In this document: positions 38,106-48,203 of the stretch, one piece after another
Position numbering within the stretch: the first letter of the stretch is position 1
Layout: each line of letters starts with the position of its first letter
NCBI GenBank assembly: GCA_965226375.1
Contig: CBDDCX010000008.1
Location: 128,001-192,000 of the forward strand
Source of the DNA: Longimicrobiales bacterium
GTDB lineage: Bacteria > Gemmatimonadota > Gemmatimonadetes > Longimicrobiales > Gaopeijiaceae
DNA length: 64,000 nucleotides
Direction: 5' to 3'
Translations under genes and position numbers: made by a program
Notes under the pieces: generated by a model
Told to the model about the DNA's origin: nothing
What the model saw: the letters and a program-made list of their open reading frames with translations, nothing else
The model's database searches: none

Positions 38106-39920
38106 ATGAGGCACACGAAGAACGTGAAGGAGCGGCGTCCCGTTCCTGCCTGGACGATCCTGGCGGCGGTGGCGATAGCGCACTTGGCCATCGCACTTCC
38201 GGCGCTCAACCCTGCCCCCCACAACGGGGGAGACAACGCCGGGTACATTTCGCTGGCGCACTCACTCGCTACGGGCGAGAGCTATGTGGAAGCGTGGGAC
38301 CCCGCCGAGCTGCCCCACACGAAGTATCCTCCGTTTTATCCGGCGCTCCTGGCCGGCGCCATGCTGCTGGGCGCCGAAGCCTGGCTGACCTTCAAGCTCC
38401 TCTCCGTCCTACTGATAACCACGGCGGTGGTCTTGTCGTTCGGTTGGGTCAGGGACCGACATGGCTCGGGATTGGCTACGGGGGTGGCCGCGATCCTCGC
38501 CCTGTCTCCCGCGCTCTTGTGGTCCAGCAACTGGATTCTGTCCGACCCCCTCTTCCTGGCGCTGACCCTGGGGTGTCTCTGGGCCTTCCATCGGTCGGAT
38601 GACGTCGAGAGCGCGTCTAGGACGGGACATCAACCGCCGAACGCAGATCCCGCGGGCGAGGGTGAAGGCGCCGGTGACCGCGTTGGTGACCGCCCTGGTG
38701 ACCGCGTTGGTGGCCGCGCCGGTGGCCGCGTTGGTGTCTGGATCGCCGCCGGGTGCCTCATGGCCATCCTCGCGACCTTCACGCGCACGGCAGGCCTTCC
38801 GCTCATACTCGCTGTGGCGGGCACCTTGGTGCTCGCGCGCCGCTGGAAGGCCGTTGCGGGGTTCGGGGCTGCCTTCGCGATTCCCAGCCTGGCGTGGTGG
38901 CTACGCTCTCGCAGCTCGGGGCAGGCTCAGTACATCTCCGAGTTCTGGCTCATAGATCCGTACCGGCCCGACCTAGGGACCGCCGGTGTCGCCGACCTGC
39001 TCCACCGCGTTTTGGACAACCTCGAGGGTTACGTGTTCACACACATTCCGGGTGGGCTGACGACCTGGTCCGGGGCGCCCTTGACCTGGCTCGGCGTGTT
39101 TCTGATCGGCACAGGGGTGGTGGGGTGGACTATGCGTGTTCGAGACCGCCCCACCGTAGCCGAGTTGTTCTTTCCCCTCTACTTCGGCCTGATTCTGCTG
39201 TGGCCGGCGGTGTGGTCGGGGGATCGGTTCGCCCTGCCGCTCTATCCGCTCCTGCTTTTCTACTCGGGCGAGGCGCTCCTCGCGGGTGCGGCTCGTGTGC
39301 ACCCCAGAGTGCCGCTCGTGGGCGGACTGATCGTCGCCTCGCTGCTGCTGGTCCCTTCCGCCCGGGGCTGGAACGATGCCACCCGGCGTGCGGCGGCGTG
39401 CCGCGAGGCGGTGCGGACCGCGGGCCCATTCGCATGCTACAGTGAGGGCTTTCAGCAGTTCGTGGCCGCTGCCCGATGGCTGGGCGAGAACGCTCCTGAG
39501 GGAGCGGGCGTCTTCAGCCGTAAGCCGCGGATCTTCTATACACTCTCGGGCGTCAGGAGTCGGACCTATCCCTTGAGCCCGGATCCGGACCGATTCTTCG
39601 ACGAGGCCAGAGCCGCCGGAGTCTCGTACGTGGTGCTCGACCGGGTGGATCGATTGGCGAACGCTTATGTGACCCCGGTGCTGATGGCTCGGCCGAAGGC
39701 TTTTTGTGGCCTGGTGGGAGTGGGTAGGGGAGAGGCGACCACACAGATCTTCGGGATCATCGAAGAAGAGGGCGCCGCCGCCGAAGCCGATGGGGCGGAG
39801 GAGGAAGGGCGAGACGTAAGCATCGGCCCATGCCCCGACGCAATGCGAAGGGCGGAGCCGAGGGACCTGCCTTCTTATACGACTTCGCGTTTGCCCCTTC
39901 TCGCTCTGCCTTCGCCGTAG
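38106..39920 (+). CDS. Multi-pass membrane protein, GT-C (ArnT/PMT, GT39-like) glycosyltransferase
   Basis: GGDNAGYISLA..L, KYPPFYP, ILSDPLF, RF.LP; many TM helices. Confidence 0.75.
   Translation: MRHTKNVKERRPVPAWTILAAVAIAHLAIALPALNPAPHNGGDNAGYISLAHSLATGESYVEAWDPAELPHTKYPPFYPALLAGAMLLGAEAWLTFKLLSVLLITTAVVLSFGWVRDRHGSGLATGVAAILALSPALLWSSNWILSDPLFLALTLGCLWAFHRSDDVESASRTGHQPPNADPAGEGEGAGDRVGDRPGDRVGGRAGGRVGVWIAAGCLMAILATFTRTAGLPLILAVAGTLVLARRWKAVAGFGAAFAIPSLAWWLRSRSSGQAQYISEFWLIDPYRPDLGTAGVADLLHRVLDNLEGYVFTHIPGGLTTWSGAPLTWLGVFLIGTGVVGWTMRVRDRPTVAELFFPLYFGLILLWPAVWSGDRFALPLYPLLLFYSGEALLAGAARVHPRVPLVGGLIVASLLLVPSARGWNDATRRAAACREAVRTAGPFACYSEGFQQFVAAARWLGENAPEGAGVFSRKPRIFYTLSGVRSRTYPLSPDPDRFFDEARAAGVSYVVLDRVDRLANAYVTPVLMARPKAFCGLVGVGRGEATTQIFGIIEEEGAAAEADGAEEEGRDVSIGPCPDAMRRAEPRDLPSYTTSRLPLLALPSP
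38661..38732 (+). repeat. In-frame 12-bp tandem repeat (about 6 units, G-D/G-R-x)
   Basis: ggtgaaggcgcc ggtgaccgcgtt ggtgaccgccct ggtgaccgcgtt ggtggccgcgcc ggtggccgcgtt. Confidence 0.8.
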
Positions 39921-40507
39921 AGGAGTCCGAGCGCTGCGCCGAATGCCACGTGATGGGTCAGGGATCCGGACGGGGTCTCCTCGCCGGCGAAGAGCAAGGA
40001 GAGGACCGGCATCGTGCGATGAGGGCTTGCAGCACCCAGGATGCCATCGAGGCCGCCCATGGGCGACGCTACGTATTCCATGACGCCGAAGGTGGCACCG
40101 CGGAAGACGGGGGAGCCAGGCAGCCGGGCCTCCAACATGGAGCCATACAGGATCCCACGTCCAGCGCCGATCAGCAGCTCGAGCGCAGGATCCGGTGCGG
40201 TGCCGTTCTCGGCGGACGAGCCGTTCGGATTCCGCAGCACGCTCAACACGAAGGCCGCGCCGGCACCGGCCAGTGCGGCTCGGGCGATGCGCAGAGTACC
40301 GGGTCCGTCTCCGGCCAGGGCGGAGATCAGCTTGTGAGCCACGGCTCCGCCACCGGCGGCGAGGAGTTGGTCGACGGCGGAAGGCTGGGCCGTCTCGTCG
40401 GCCTTGCCCGGTTTCTTACTTACCTTCTTTGGGGCCGGAGCGTGCTGGCGCGCCGTTTCGAGCGCATAGCCCAGTTGGTACCAGATGTTTTTGGACGATT
40501 CGCTCAT
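39875..40507 (-). CDS. Hypothetical membrane-associated protein
   Basis: 210-aa ORF with hydrophobic segments, C-terminal HHVAFGAALGLLY. Confidence 0.75.
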   Translation of the reverse strand: MSESSKNIWYQLGYALETARQHAPAPKKVSKKPGKADETAQPSAVDQLLAAGGGAVAHKLISALAGDGPGTLRIARAALAGAGAAFVLSVLRNPNGSSAENGTAPDPALELLIGAGRGILYGSMLEARLPGSPVFRGATFGVMEYVASPMGGLDGILGAASPHRTMPVLSLLFAGEETPSGSLTHHVAFGAALGLLYGEGRARRGKREVV

Positions 40508-40627
40508 GCCCCGCGTGGCTCACTGTGATCGAGAGGGGAGGCCGTGGTAACCTGTTTTACATCGGCAGCGCAACTCTGATCGAAGGGTGATGACGACGAC
40601 ACCGTTTGACAAGGTCACCGGGCCGGA

Positions 40628-43600
40628 ATGATTCGTCCCCAAGCATCGATCACACTCTGGTCGGTCGTCGTCGGCGGTGTGTTATGGACGACCACCGTGG
40701 CTGCGCAGGTGCCGCCCGACGCGAGCTGGCGAAGCCTTGAGACGACTCACTTTCGCGTCACGTTCCCGGCTGAACTGGAGGCTGTTGCCAGAAGGGCGGG
40801 AGAGCGTGCCGAGCGCGCGTACGGCTATCTGAGTGAGAGGCTGCTCACCCCGCCCAGTGGCCGGATCGAGCTCTTGTTGACTGACCATGCCGACCAGAGT
40901 AACGGGTTCGCCAACGCCCTCCCCTTCAATCGCATCACGGTCTTCGTCAGGCCTCCCATGGACGGATTCGGCGCCACCCACTTCGACGACTGGCTGGAGA
41001 CGGTCGTCACCCACGAGCTGGTACACATATTTCACCTCGACCATACGGGACCCCTCGGGTCACTCGTGAGGGCAGTGCTGGGACGTTCATCGGCGGACTG
41101 GCCGGCCTTTCCGGGCTATGACGTGCCGGCATGGATCGGCGAGGGCATGGCCACCTACTACGAGTCGGCACTGACCGAGTCCGGGAGGGTGAACGGAAGC
41201 TTCAACGACATGGTGCTCCGAACGGCGATGCTCGAGGGCAGATTCGAAGGTCCGGATCAAGTCTCCGGCCTCTCGCCCAACTGGCCGGCCGGCGCCCGCG
41301 TGTACGCCTACGGTGCGTCGTTCTTCGACCATATGCTCGATGCGTACGGAGAGGAGCGCATGGGAGAGTTCGTCGATGCCATCGCTCGCCAGATCATCCC
41401 CTGGCGCGTCGACTCCGGGGCGAAGGATGCTTTTGGCATAGGATTTCGTGAAGCGTGGTCTTCATGGGAAGACGGGCTCGAGGTCGGCTACCGCGCCCAG
41501 GCCGATTCGCTGGCCGCCCTGGCTCCCCTCACTCAGGGGGAGTCCATCGCCGGGGACGGGCGCAGGGTGCTCTTCCCTGCCGTCTCTCCCGACGGCCTGC
41601 GCCTCGGTTACCTGCGCTCCGACGGCCGAAGCGACATCCAGCTGCGCGTAGCGAACCCGGACGGTTCCGACCCCCGGAAGCTGACCCGAGTGAACAGTGT
41701 TGCGGACTGGACCTGGCTCCCCGACGGCGACCTGCTTGTGGCCGAGCAGGAATTCACGGACCCCTACCGTGTTCGATCCGACCTGGTGCGTGTCGACCGG
41801 AGCGGGGGGGAACGTTGGATTACGCGTGGTGCTCGACTTGCCCAGCCCACCGTCTCGCCGGACGGTCGGTACGCCGTGGCGGTACAGGACGGGGAAGGGA
41901 CCAACCGACTCGTTCGGGTGGACCTCTCGACCGGGGCGGTCGAGCCGGTCACGGACTTCGTGGCCACGGAGCACTGGGCCTCTCCGAGCTGGTCGCCGGA
42001 TGGCCGATGGATCGCCGCCTCGCGATGGAGGCCCGGTGCCTTTTACGACCTGTTCGTGCTGGATCCGGAAGGCGAGATCGTCCATCAGGTCACGGCCGAC
42101 CGGGCCATCGATCAGGACGCCACCTGGACACCGGACGGTCGCCGCCTTCTGTGGGCGTCGGACCGAAGCGGAATCCCGAACTTGTACGCCGTGGCCTTCG
42201 ATCCGGTTTCGGGTGAGCCCGGGTCCCTCAGCCAAATCACCAACATGATCGGGGGAGCCGCCTACCCTTCGGTGGATCCCGCGGGCGAGTGGATCTACTT
42301 CTCCAGTTATCACTCCTACGGCTGGGACGTGGAGCGGATCCGTTTCGATCCGGACTCCTGGTTCGATCCACTCCCGGTAAAGGCGAGTTTCGCCCGTGGG
42401 GGGGAGTCGGCCCCGGAGCTCTTTGCCCGACAGGTGTCGGGCGATTCGCGCCCGTACAGTGCGCTCCAGACCATCTTGCCCCGCTCCTGGGAGCCGATTT
42501 ATGAATCGGGCGTCACTCGGCAGAACGCCGAAGTGGTGCGAGCGGGATTCGGTGCTCGCATCGAGGGGCAGGATCTTGTCGGGCGGCATACATACGCCGT
42601 CGAGAGCGTGTTCCGGCAGAGCGGCCGCACCGATGTCGATCTCTCCTACGCCTATTCAGGTAGGGGCAATCCCTTCTTGGGGCTCTCCTGGCGGCAGGGT
42701 CACGACGTCACGGGTCCTTTCGACTTCGAGGCGGCGCCGGGCGACACGACTCCGGTGTTCGTCGCGGAACGGGAACGTGCGTTCCGAGGCTCGGTGACCC
42801 TGGTTCGGCAACGGATGCGGACCAGTACGTCCCTGTCGTTTTCCGGCGCGCACATCTGGGAGCGGCTGGAGCTTCTGGATGAGAATCTGGATGACAGCCC
42901 GTTCACGCTCTCCCGGCCCGAGCGCAGGTTGGGTGAGGCGGCGATCACTGTCGCCTTCAGCAATGCACGGTCCTTCGCCTTCTCCACGACCGCCGAGGTC
43001 GGAGTCGGTGGATTCCTGCGCCTGCGCGCCCGCCGTGAGCTCTCGCTTCCGAGTTCGCTGCGTGGGGTTCCCGGCAGTGATCGGAGCTTCCGCGAGGTGT
43101 CGGGAGTGGTGCGGGGATATCACGCGTTTTCGGGTCCGGGCTTTTCGCGCCACGTCGTCGCCTGGCGTGCCTCGGGCGGGGGGGCCTACGGACCGGGCGC
43201 GAACCGATTCCACTTCGACGTTGGTGGGGCCCATGGGCAACTCGAGGATCTCACCGGGCTCGAGCTGTTCGGCGGCACCCCGCTGCTCTTACCGGTGAGG
43301 GGATACTTCACGGGTCAGCGCTCGGGTCGTTATGCCTGGACGGCGTCCGTCGAATATCGCTTCCCGATCCTCAACGTCCATAGGGGTTGGGGATTTTTCC
43401 CGCTGCATGTGGACCGTGTGAGCGGCGCGCTGTTCGTGGACGGTGGGAACGCCTGGGGCGACTCCGATCCAGCGATCGACGACCTAAACCCACGGAGGCC
43501 TGCGCTCGGATCCGTGGGGGCCGAGCTTCAGATCTCGGTCCTGGCCCTCTTCAACACGAGATTGTTCTTCAGGTTGGGCGCTGCGATGACTCTGACCGAC

Positions 43601-43645
43601 GAAATGGACGACCCACTCTATCTTCGCTTGGGGACGGCGTTTTAG
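40628..43645 (+). CDS. Exported protein: gluzincin-like domain + TolB/PD40 propeller + BamA/TamA-like barrel
   Basis: Signal peptide; HELVH and WIGEGMATY; SPDG repeats; VRGY, EYRFP, FVDGG; C-terminal Phe. Confidence 0.8.
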   Translation: MIRPQASITLWSVVVGGVLWTTTVAAQVPPDASWRSLETTHFRVTFPAELEAVARRAGERAERAYGYLSERLLTPPSGRIELLLTDHADQSNGFANALPFNRITVFVRPPMDGFGATHFDDWLETVVTHELVHIFHLDHTGPLGSLVRAVLGRSSADWPAFPGYDVPAWIGEGMATYYESALTESGRVNGSFNDMVLRTAMLEGRFEGPDQVSGLSPNWPAGARVYAYGASFFDHMLDAYGEERMGEFVDAIARQIIPWRVDSGAKDAFGIGFREAWSSWEDGLEVGYRAQADSLAALAPLTQGESIAGDGRRVLFPAVSPDGLRLGYLRSDGRSDIQLRVANPDGSDPRKLTRVNSVADWTWLPDGDLLVAEQEFTDPYRVRSDLVRVDRSGGERWITRGARLAQPTVSPDGRYAVAVQDGEGTNRLVRVDLSTGAVEPVTDFVATEHWASPSWSPDGRWIAASRWRPGAFYDLFVLDPEGEIVHQVTADRAIDQDATWTPDGRRLLWASDRSGIPNLYAVAFDPVSGEPGSLSQITNMIGGAAYPSVDPAGEWIYFSSYHSYGWDVERIRFDPDSWFDPLPVKASFARGGESAPELFARQVSGDSRPYSALQTILPRSWEPIYESGVTRQNAEVVRAGFGARIEGQDLVGRHTYAVESVFRQSGRTDVDLSYAYSGRGNPFLGLSWRQGHDVTGPFDFEAAPGDTTPVFVAERERAFRGSVTLVRQRMRTSTSLSFSGAHIWERLELLDENLDDSPFTLSRPERRLGEAAITVAFSNARSFAFSTTAEVGVGGFLRLRARRELSLPSSLRGVPGSDRSFREVSGVVRGYHAFSGPGFSRHVVAWRASGGGAYGPGANRFHFDVGGAHGQLEDLTGLELFGGTPLLLPVRGYFTGQRSGRYAWTASVEYRFPILNVHRGWGFFPLHVDRVSGALFVDGGNAWGDSDPAIDDLNPRRPALGSVGAELQISVLALFNTRLFFRLGAAMTLTDEMDDPLYLRLGTAF

Positions 43646-43668
43646 GGGGCTGATAGAGGAGCCCCACC

Positions 43669-44034
43669 TCAACGCTTCTGCCCCGCCAAACCCCCCATAC
43701 GGTCTACGGACGCGTGCATTGCGGCCAACGCCTCGTCAAAGCGCTGATCGCTTCCCTCGAGGCCGGATTCTTTCTGGGTAGCCGCTGCGTTGAGGTTTCT
43801 AATAAGGCTGATGAAGTGGTCACCCTCTTCACGGAGAGCCACGAAGCTCCGTTCGTTGGGGAGGAGCTGCCCTGTGAGGCCCCAAACACCGGCCTCCAGG
43901 ATCAAGACTCCCACCAGCACGACCACGATCTGGATCTGGATGCTCGTGGGGGGAACGAAGAGGACGCCGCCGAACACGATGGCCATACCTAATAGGGGGA
44001 GCCCCACCTCGACAGCTCTGCGTAAACTTCTCAC
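43669..44034 (-). CDS. Small membrane protein
   Basis: Two N-terminal TM helices and a helical C-terminus. Confidence 0.7.
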   Translation of the reverse strand: MRSLRRAVEVGLPLLGMAIVFGGVLFVPPTSIQIQIVVVLVGVLILEAGVWGLTGQLLPNERSFVALREEGDHFISLIRNLNAAATQKESGLEGSDQRFDEALAAMHASVDRMGGLAGQKR

Positions 44035-44327
44035 TCGTAGATCTCCCTCTACGGAAGTCCGTTTGGGGTCCGGCCTATGGCCCGGCGCCGCCTGAGAACT
44101 CCCTTGTCGTGGTTCAACCCGATTTCATTGTTGGCCGGATACGGTGCGGGGCGTTCCGGGAGGCGAGACTGCTGAGGCTCTACCGATGTTCAATCGCCGG
44201 CAACATACGGCCTCAAAGGCGTCTTTACAAAGTCTTGTGGTGAGGAGCGGACCGATTTCAGCCGGGTTCTGGGGAGTGGAACCGCCGAGATCTGCCGGGT
44301 CGACGTTATCCTCGGCGAAACTCTTGA

Positions 44328-44375
44328 CCACAAGATATAGTGGGTGTAGGTTGGGGATACCTCTAGATTTTGTGG
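44328..44375 (+). promoter_or_regulatory. Tandem NrdR boxes
   Basis: CCACAAGATATAGTGG (44328-44343) and CCTCTAGATTTTGTGG (44360-44375), 32 bp apart, fit acaCwAtATaTwGtgt; overlap TTGACC; upstream of the RNR gene. Confidence 0.85.
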
Positions 44376-44446
44376 TATCCTGGAAACTTTTCCACATACA
44401 ACTTTAGAGGCGGAGCCACGTATCGCCGTTTTTCAACGGCCGACGT

Positions 44447-47020
44447 GTGGTATTTCCACCGACTTCCCAAATCGATCCATGGAGTAACAGCGGCATGAAG
44501 CAGGGGCCCCCCTCAGACGGTGCGCAGATCTTCGACGACGTAGTCCCCGAGGACGTTCCTCCGGCGAATCTTTCAGAGAACGCACGCATCGTTCTGGCCA
44601 AGCGCTACCTGAAGAAGGACGAGCACGGAAACCCGCTCGAGGAGCCCGAGACGATGTTCTGGCGGGTAGCGAGCGTAATAGCCGACGCGGACAAGGCATA
44701 CGGGGCCTCGGAAGCTGCCGTCGGGGAGCTCGCCCGTCAGTTCTATGATCTCATGACCGATGGGAAGTTCGAGCCGAACTCCCCAACGCTCATGAACGCG
44801 GGCCGGCCGTTGGGTCAGCTCTCGGCGTGTTTTGTCCTTCCCGTCGACGACGCTCTGTCGAACGGTGCGAGTGGCATTTACGACACGCTCAAGTCCATGG
44901 CACTGGTGCACCAATCGGGTGGAGGCACAGGCTTTTCCTTCTCCAGGCTGCGCGCTACCGGATCCCAGGTTCGCTCCACCATGGGAGTGGCTTCCGGACC
45001 CGTCTCCTTCATGAGGCTCTACGATGCCAGCACGGAGGTCGTGAAGCAGGGTGGCACCAGGCGCGGGGCGAACATGGGCATCCTGCGGGTGGATCACCCG
45101 GACATCCGGTCGTTCATCACCTGTAAGGACGACACGTCACAGATTACCAACTTCAACATCTCGGTCGCTCTCACGGACGCCTTCATGGAGGCCGTGCGAA
45201 ACGAGGCCGACTACGACCTGATCAGTCCGAAGACCGGCGAGGTGGTCGCGCAGGACAACGCCGTAGAGATCTTCGACATGATCGTGCACGGCGCCTGGAA
45301 GACGGGCGAGCCCGGCACGTGCTTCATCGACCGTGCCAACGCCTTCAATCCGGTTCCCAAGCTCGGATCCTATGAGGCCACGAACCCATGCGGGGAGCAG
45401 CCCCTTCTACCCTACGACGTCTGCAATCTGGGAAGCATCAACCTGGCTAAGTTCGTGAACGAAGACGCGGCCGGGACCGAGGAGCCCGCGGATCTGATCG
45501 ATTGGGACGGCCTGCGCCAGACGGTCGCGTTGTCCACGCACTTCCTGGACAACGTAATCGACGCGAACCGGTATCCCCTTGCGGCCATCACGGAGTTGGC
45601 CCAGACGATCCGCCGTATCGGCCTCGGCGTCATGGGTTGGGCGGACATGCTCATCAAGCTGGGTATCCCCTACGACACGCCCGAAGGCGTCGAGATGGGG
45701 CGCAAGGTTATGGGCTTTCTGAACGAGGAGTCTCGCAACGCATCGGAGAGACTCGCCGAGGGCCGTGGGACCTTCCCGGCCTGGGAAGAGTCGATCTGGG
45801 GTCCCGACGACGTTTGCGCTCGGGATGCCGGGGGACGGCGCGTTCGGCCCGAGCGTCGTCTGCGCAATTGTAACCTCACCACCGTGGCTCCGACCGGCAC
45901 CATCTCGATCTTTGCGGGATGTTCCGGCGGTATCGAGCCCATCTTTGCCGTAGCCTTCATGCGTAATCAGGCGGGTTCACTGATGCCGGATGTGAACCCC
46001 GAATTCGTGGCTCGTGCAGAAGCAGAGGGTTGGTACTCCGAAGATCTCATGACCCGGATTGCCGAAGAGGGCCACATCCACTTCGACGAGGTGCCTGAAG
46101 AAGTTCAGGCGGTGTTCAAGACCGCGCACGACATCACTCCCGAGTGGCACGTGCGCATGCAGGCGGCGTTCCAGGAGCACACCGACTCGGCCATCTCGAA
46201 GACCACGAACTTCCCCACCGAGGCTTCGGAGGAGGATGTCCGGCAGATCTACCAATTGGCGTACGAGCTCCACTGCAAGGGCGTGACGGTGTACCGGGAT
46301 GGCTCGAGGTCCGGCCAAGTCCTCTCCACCGGCAAGACCGAGAAATCGGAGGCCGGCGACACCGAGACCAACCCCGACATCGTCGAGCTCGAGCACTTGC
46401 TGGCGGACGCCCGCGAGTCGCTCCACGGTCTGAGGGTGGAGCTCGAGCAGGTCTATCGGGACCAACAAGAGCAGGACCTCACCGCCGCGGCGTCGCGACA
46501 CAAGCGGCAGCGTCCGGCGATGCTCCGCGGGCGCACGGTCAAGATGAGCTCCCCGCTGGGCGACTGTTACGTGACCATCAACGAAGACGACGATGGGCGA
46601 GCCTTCGAAGTGTTCTGCACGCTCGGAAAGGCAGGTGGCGCTGCCACGGCCGACGCCGAGGCAGTGGGTCGTTTGATCTCGCTGGCGCTGCGTTCCGGCA
46701 TCCCGATTCCTGCGGTGCGGGATCAACTGCGCGGCATCTCGTCGGACCGCGCGGTCGGCGTAGGCCCGAACAAGGTGCTCTCGCTGCCCGACGCGATCGG
46801 CCAGGCCCTCGAGAAGTACATTGCGGAGAAGGATGGGGTGCAGGAGACCCTACCGCTGGGTGTGACAGCGGGGGCCGCAGGCACTCAGCCGCAGACCGGC
46901 GCCGATGAGGGCCATCACAACAACTTCCTTGGAAGTTGCCCCGAATGCGGCGCAGGTCAGCTCGCCTTCGAAGAGGGTTGCGTCAAGTGCCACGTTTGCG
47001 GCTACAGCGAGTGCGGATGA
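44447..47020 (+). CDS. nrdJ: Adenosylcobalamin-dependent (class II) ribonucleotide reductase with TSCPD domain and C-terminal Zn ribbon
   Basis: NSPTLMNAG, QLSACFV, GGTRRGANM, TNPCGEQ, CNLGS, APTGT, CKGVTVYRDG, CPECG..C..CGYSEC; start may be ATG 44495. Confidence 0.95.
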   Translation: MVFPPTSQIDPWSNSGMKQGPPSDGAQIFDDVVPEDVPPANLSENARIVLAKRYLKKDEHGNPLEEPETMFWRVASVIADADKAYGASEAAVGELARQFYDLMTDGKFEPNSPTLMNAGRPLGQLSACFVLPVDDALSNGASGIYDTLKSMALVHQSGGGTGFSFSRLRATGSQVRSTMGVASGPVSFMRLYDASTEVVKQGGTRRGANMGILRVDHPDIRSFITCKDDTSQITNFNISVALTDAFMEAVRNEADYDLISPKTGEVVAQDNAVEIFDMIVHGAWKTGEPGTCFIDRANAFNPVPKLGSYEATNPCGEQPLLPYDVCNLGSINLAKFVNEDAAGTEEPADLIDWDGLRQTVALSTHFLDNVIDANRYPLAAITELAQTIRRIGLGVMGWADMLIKLGIPYDTPEGVEMGRKVMGFLNEESRNASERLAEGRGTFPAWEESIWGPDDVCARDAGGRRVRPERRLRNCNLTTVAPTGTISIFAGCSGGIEPIFAVAFMRNQAGSLMPDVNPEFVARAEAEGWYSEDLMTRIAEEGHIHFDEVPEEVQAVFKTAHDITPEWHVRMQAAFQEHTDSAISKTTNFPTEASEEDVRQIYQLAYELHCKGVTVYRDGSRSGQVLSTGKTEKSEAGDTETNPDIVELEHLLADARESLHGLRVELEQVYRDQQEQDLTAAASRHKRQRPAMLRGRTVKMSSPLGDCYVTINEDDDGRAFEVFCTLGKAGGAATADAEAVGRLISLALRSGIPIPAVRDQLRGISSDRAVGVGPNKVLSLPDAIGQALEKYIAEKDGVQETLPLGVTAGAAGTQPQTGADEGHHNNFLGSCPECGAGQLAFEEGCVKCHVCGYSECG

Positions 47021-47063
47021 GGGAAACCATCTTCGGTCACTGACCCACGCGGCCTGGTCTCTA

Positions 47064-47099
47064 CTCAACCCGTCGCCCTCACAGGGGCGACGGGTTGAG
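47064..47099 (+). terminator. Strong hairpin, probable intrinsic terminator
   Basis: CTCAACCCGTCGCCC-TCACAG-GGGCGACGGGTTGAG, followed by T-rich sequence. Confidence 0.7.
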
Positions 47100-47245
47100 C
47101 CGTTTATCCCCCGTTTTCGGTTTCCTTTTCAAATAACCCGGCGTATGATCGGAACGAATTCGATCGCTCACAGGTTTTCGCAGTGGAGGCGGCCCGGAGC
47201 ACCTCCGGACCCCCTTATTCGCCGGCCCTTCCCAGGAGACCGACC

Positions 47246-48121
<876 letters not shown>

Positions 48122-48203
48122 CAATGGATCGGTCGTCGTGCGACGGATCCGCCGCGTGAAGCGGGTCCGTTACACGGCGCCGAGCCCTTGACGGAGGCTG
48201 GAA

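Noticed and set aside
43653..44010. GGAGCCCCACCTC repeated near 43658 and 43998
   Set aside because: 13-bp GC-rich match, one copy inside a coding region, no mobile-element context; probably chance
44100..44330. Cobalamin riboswitch upstream of nrdJ
   Set aside because: No B12-box or conserved core motifs seen; NrdR boxes explain the regulation
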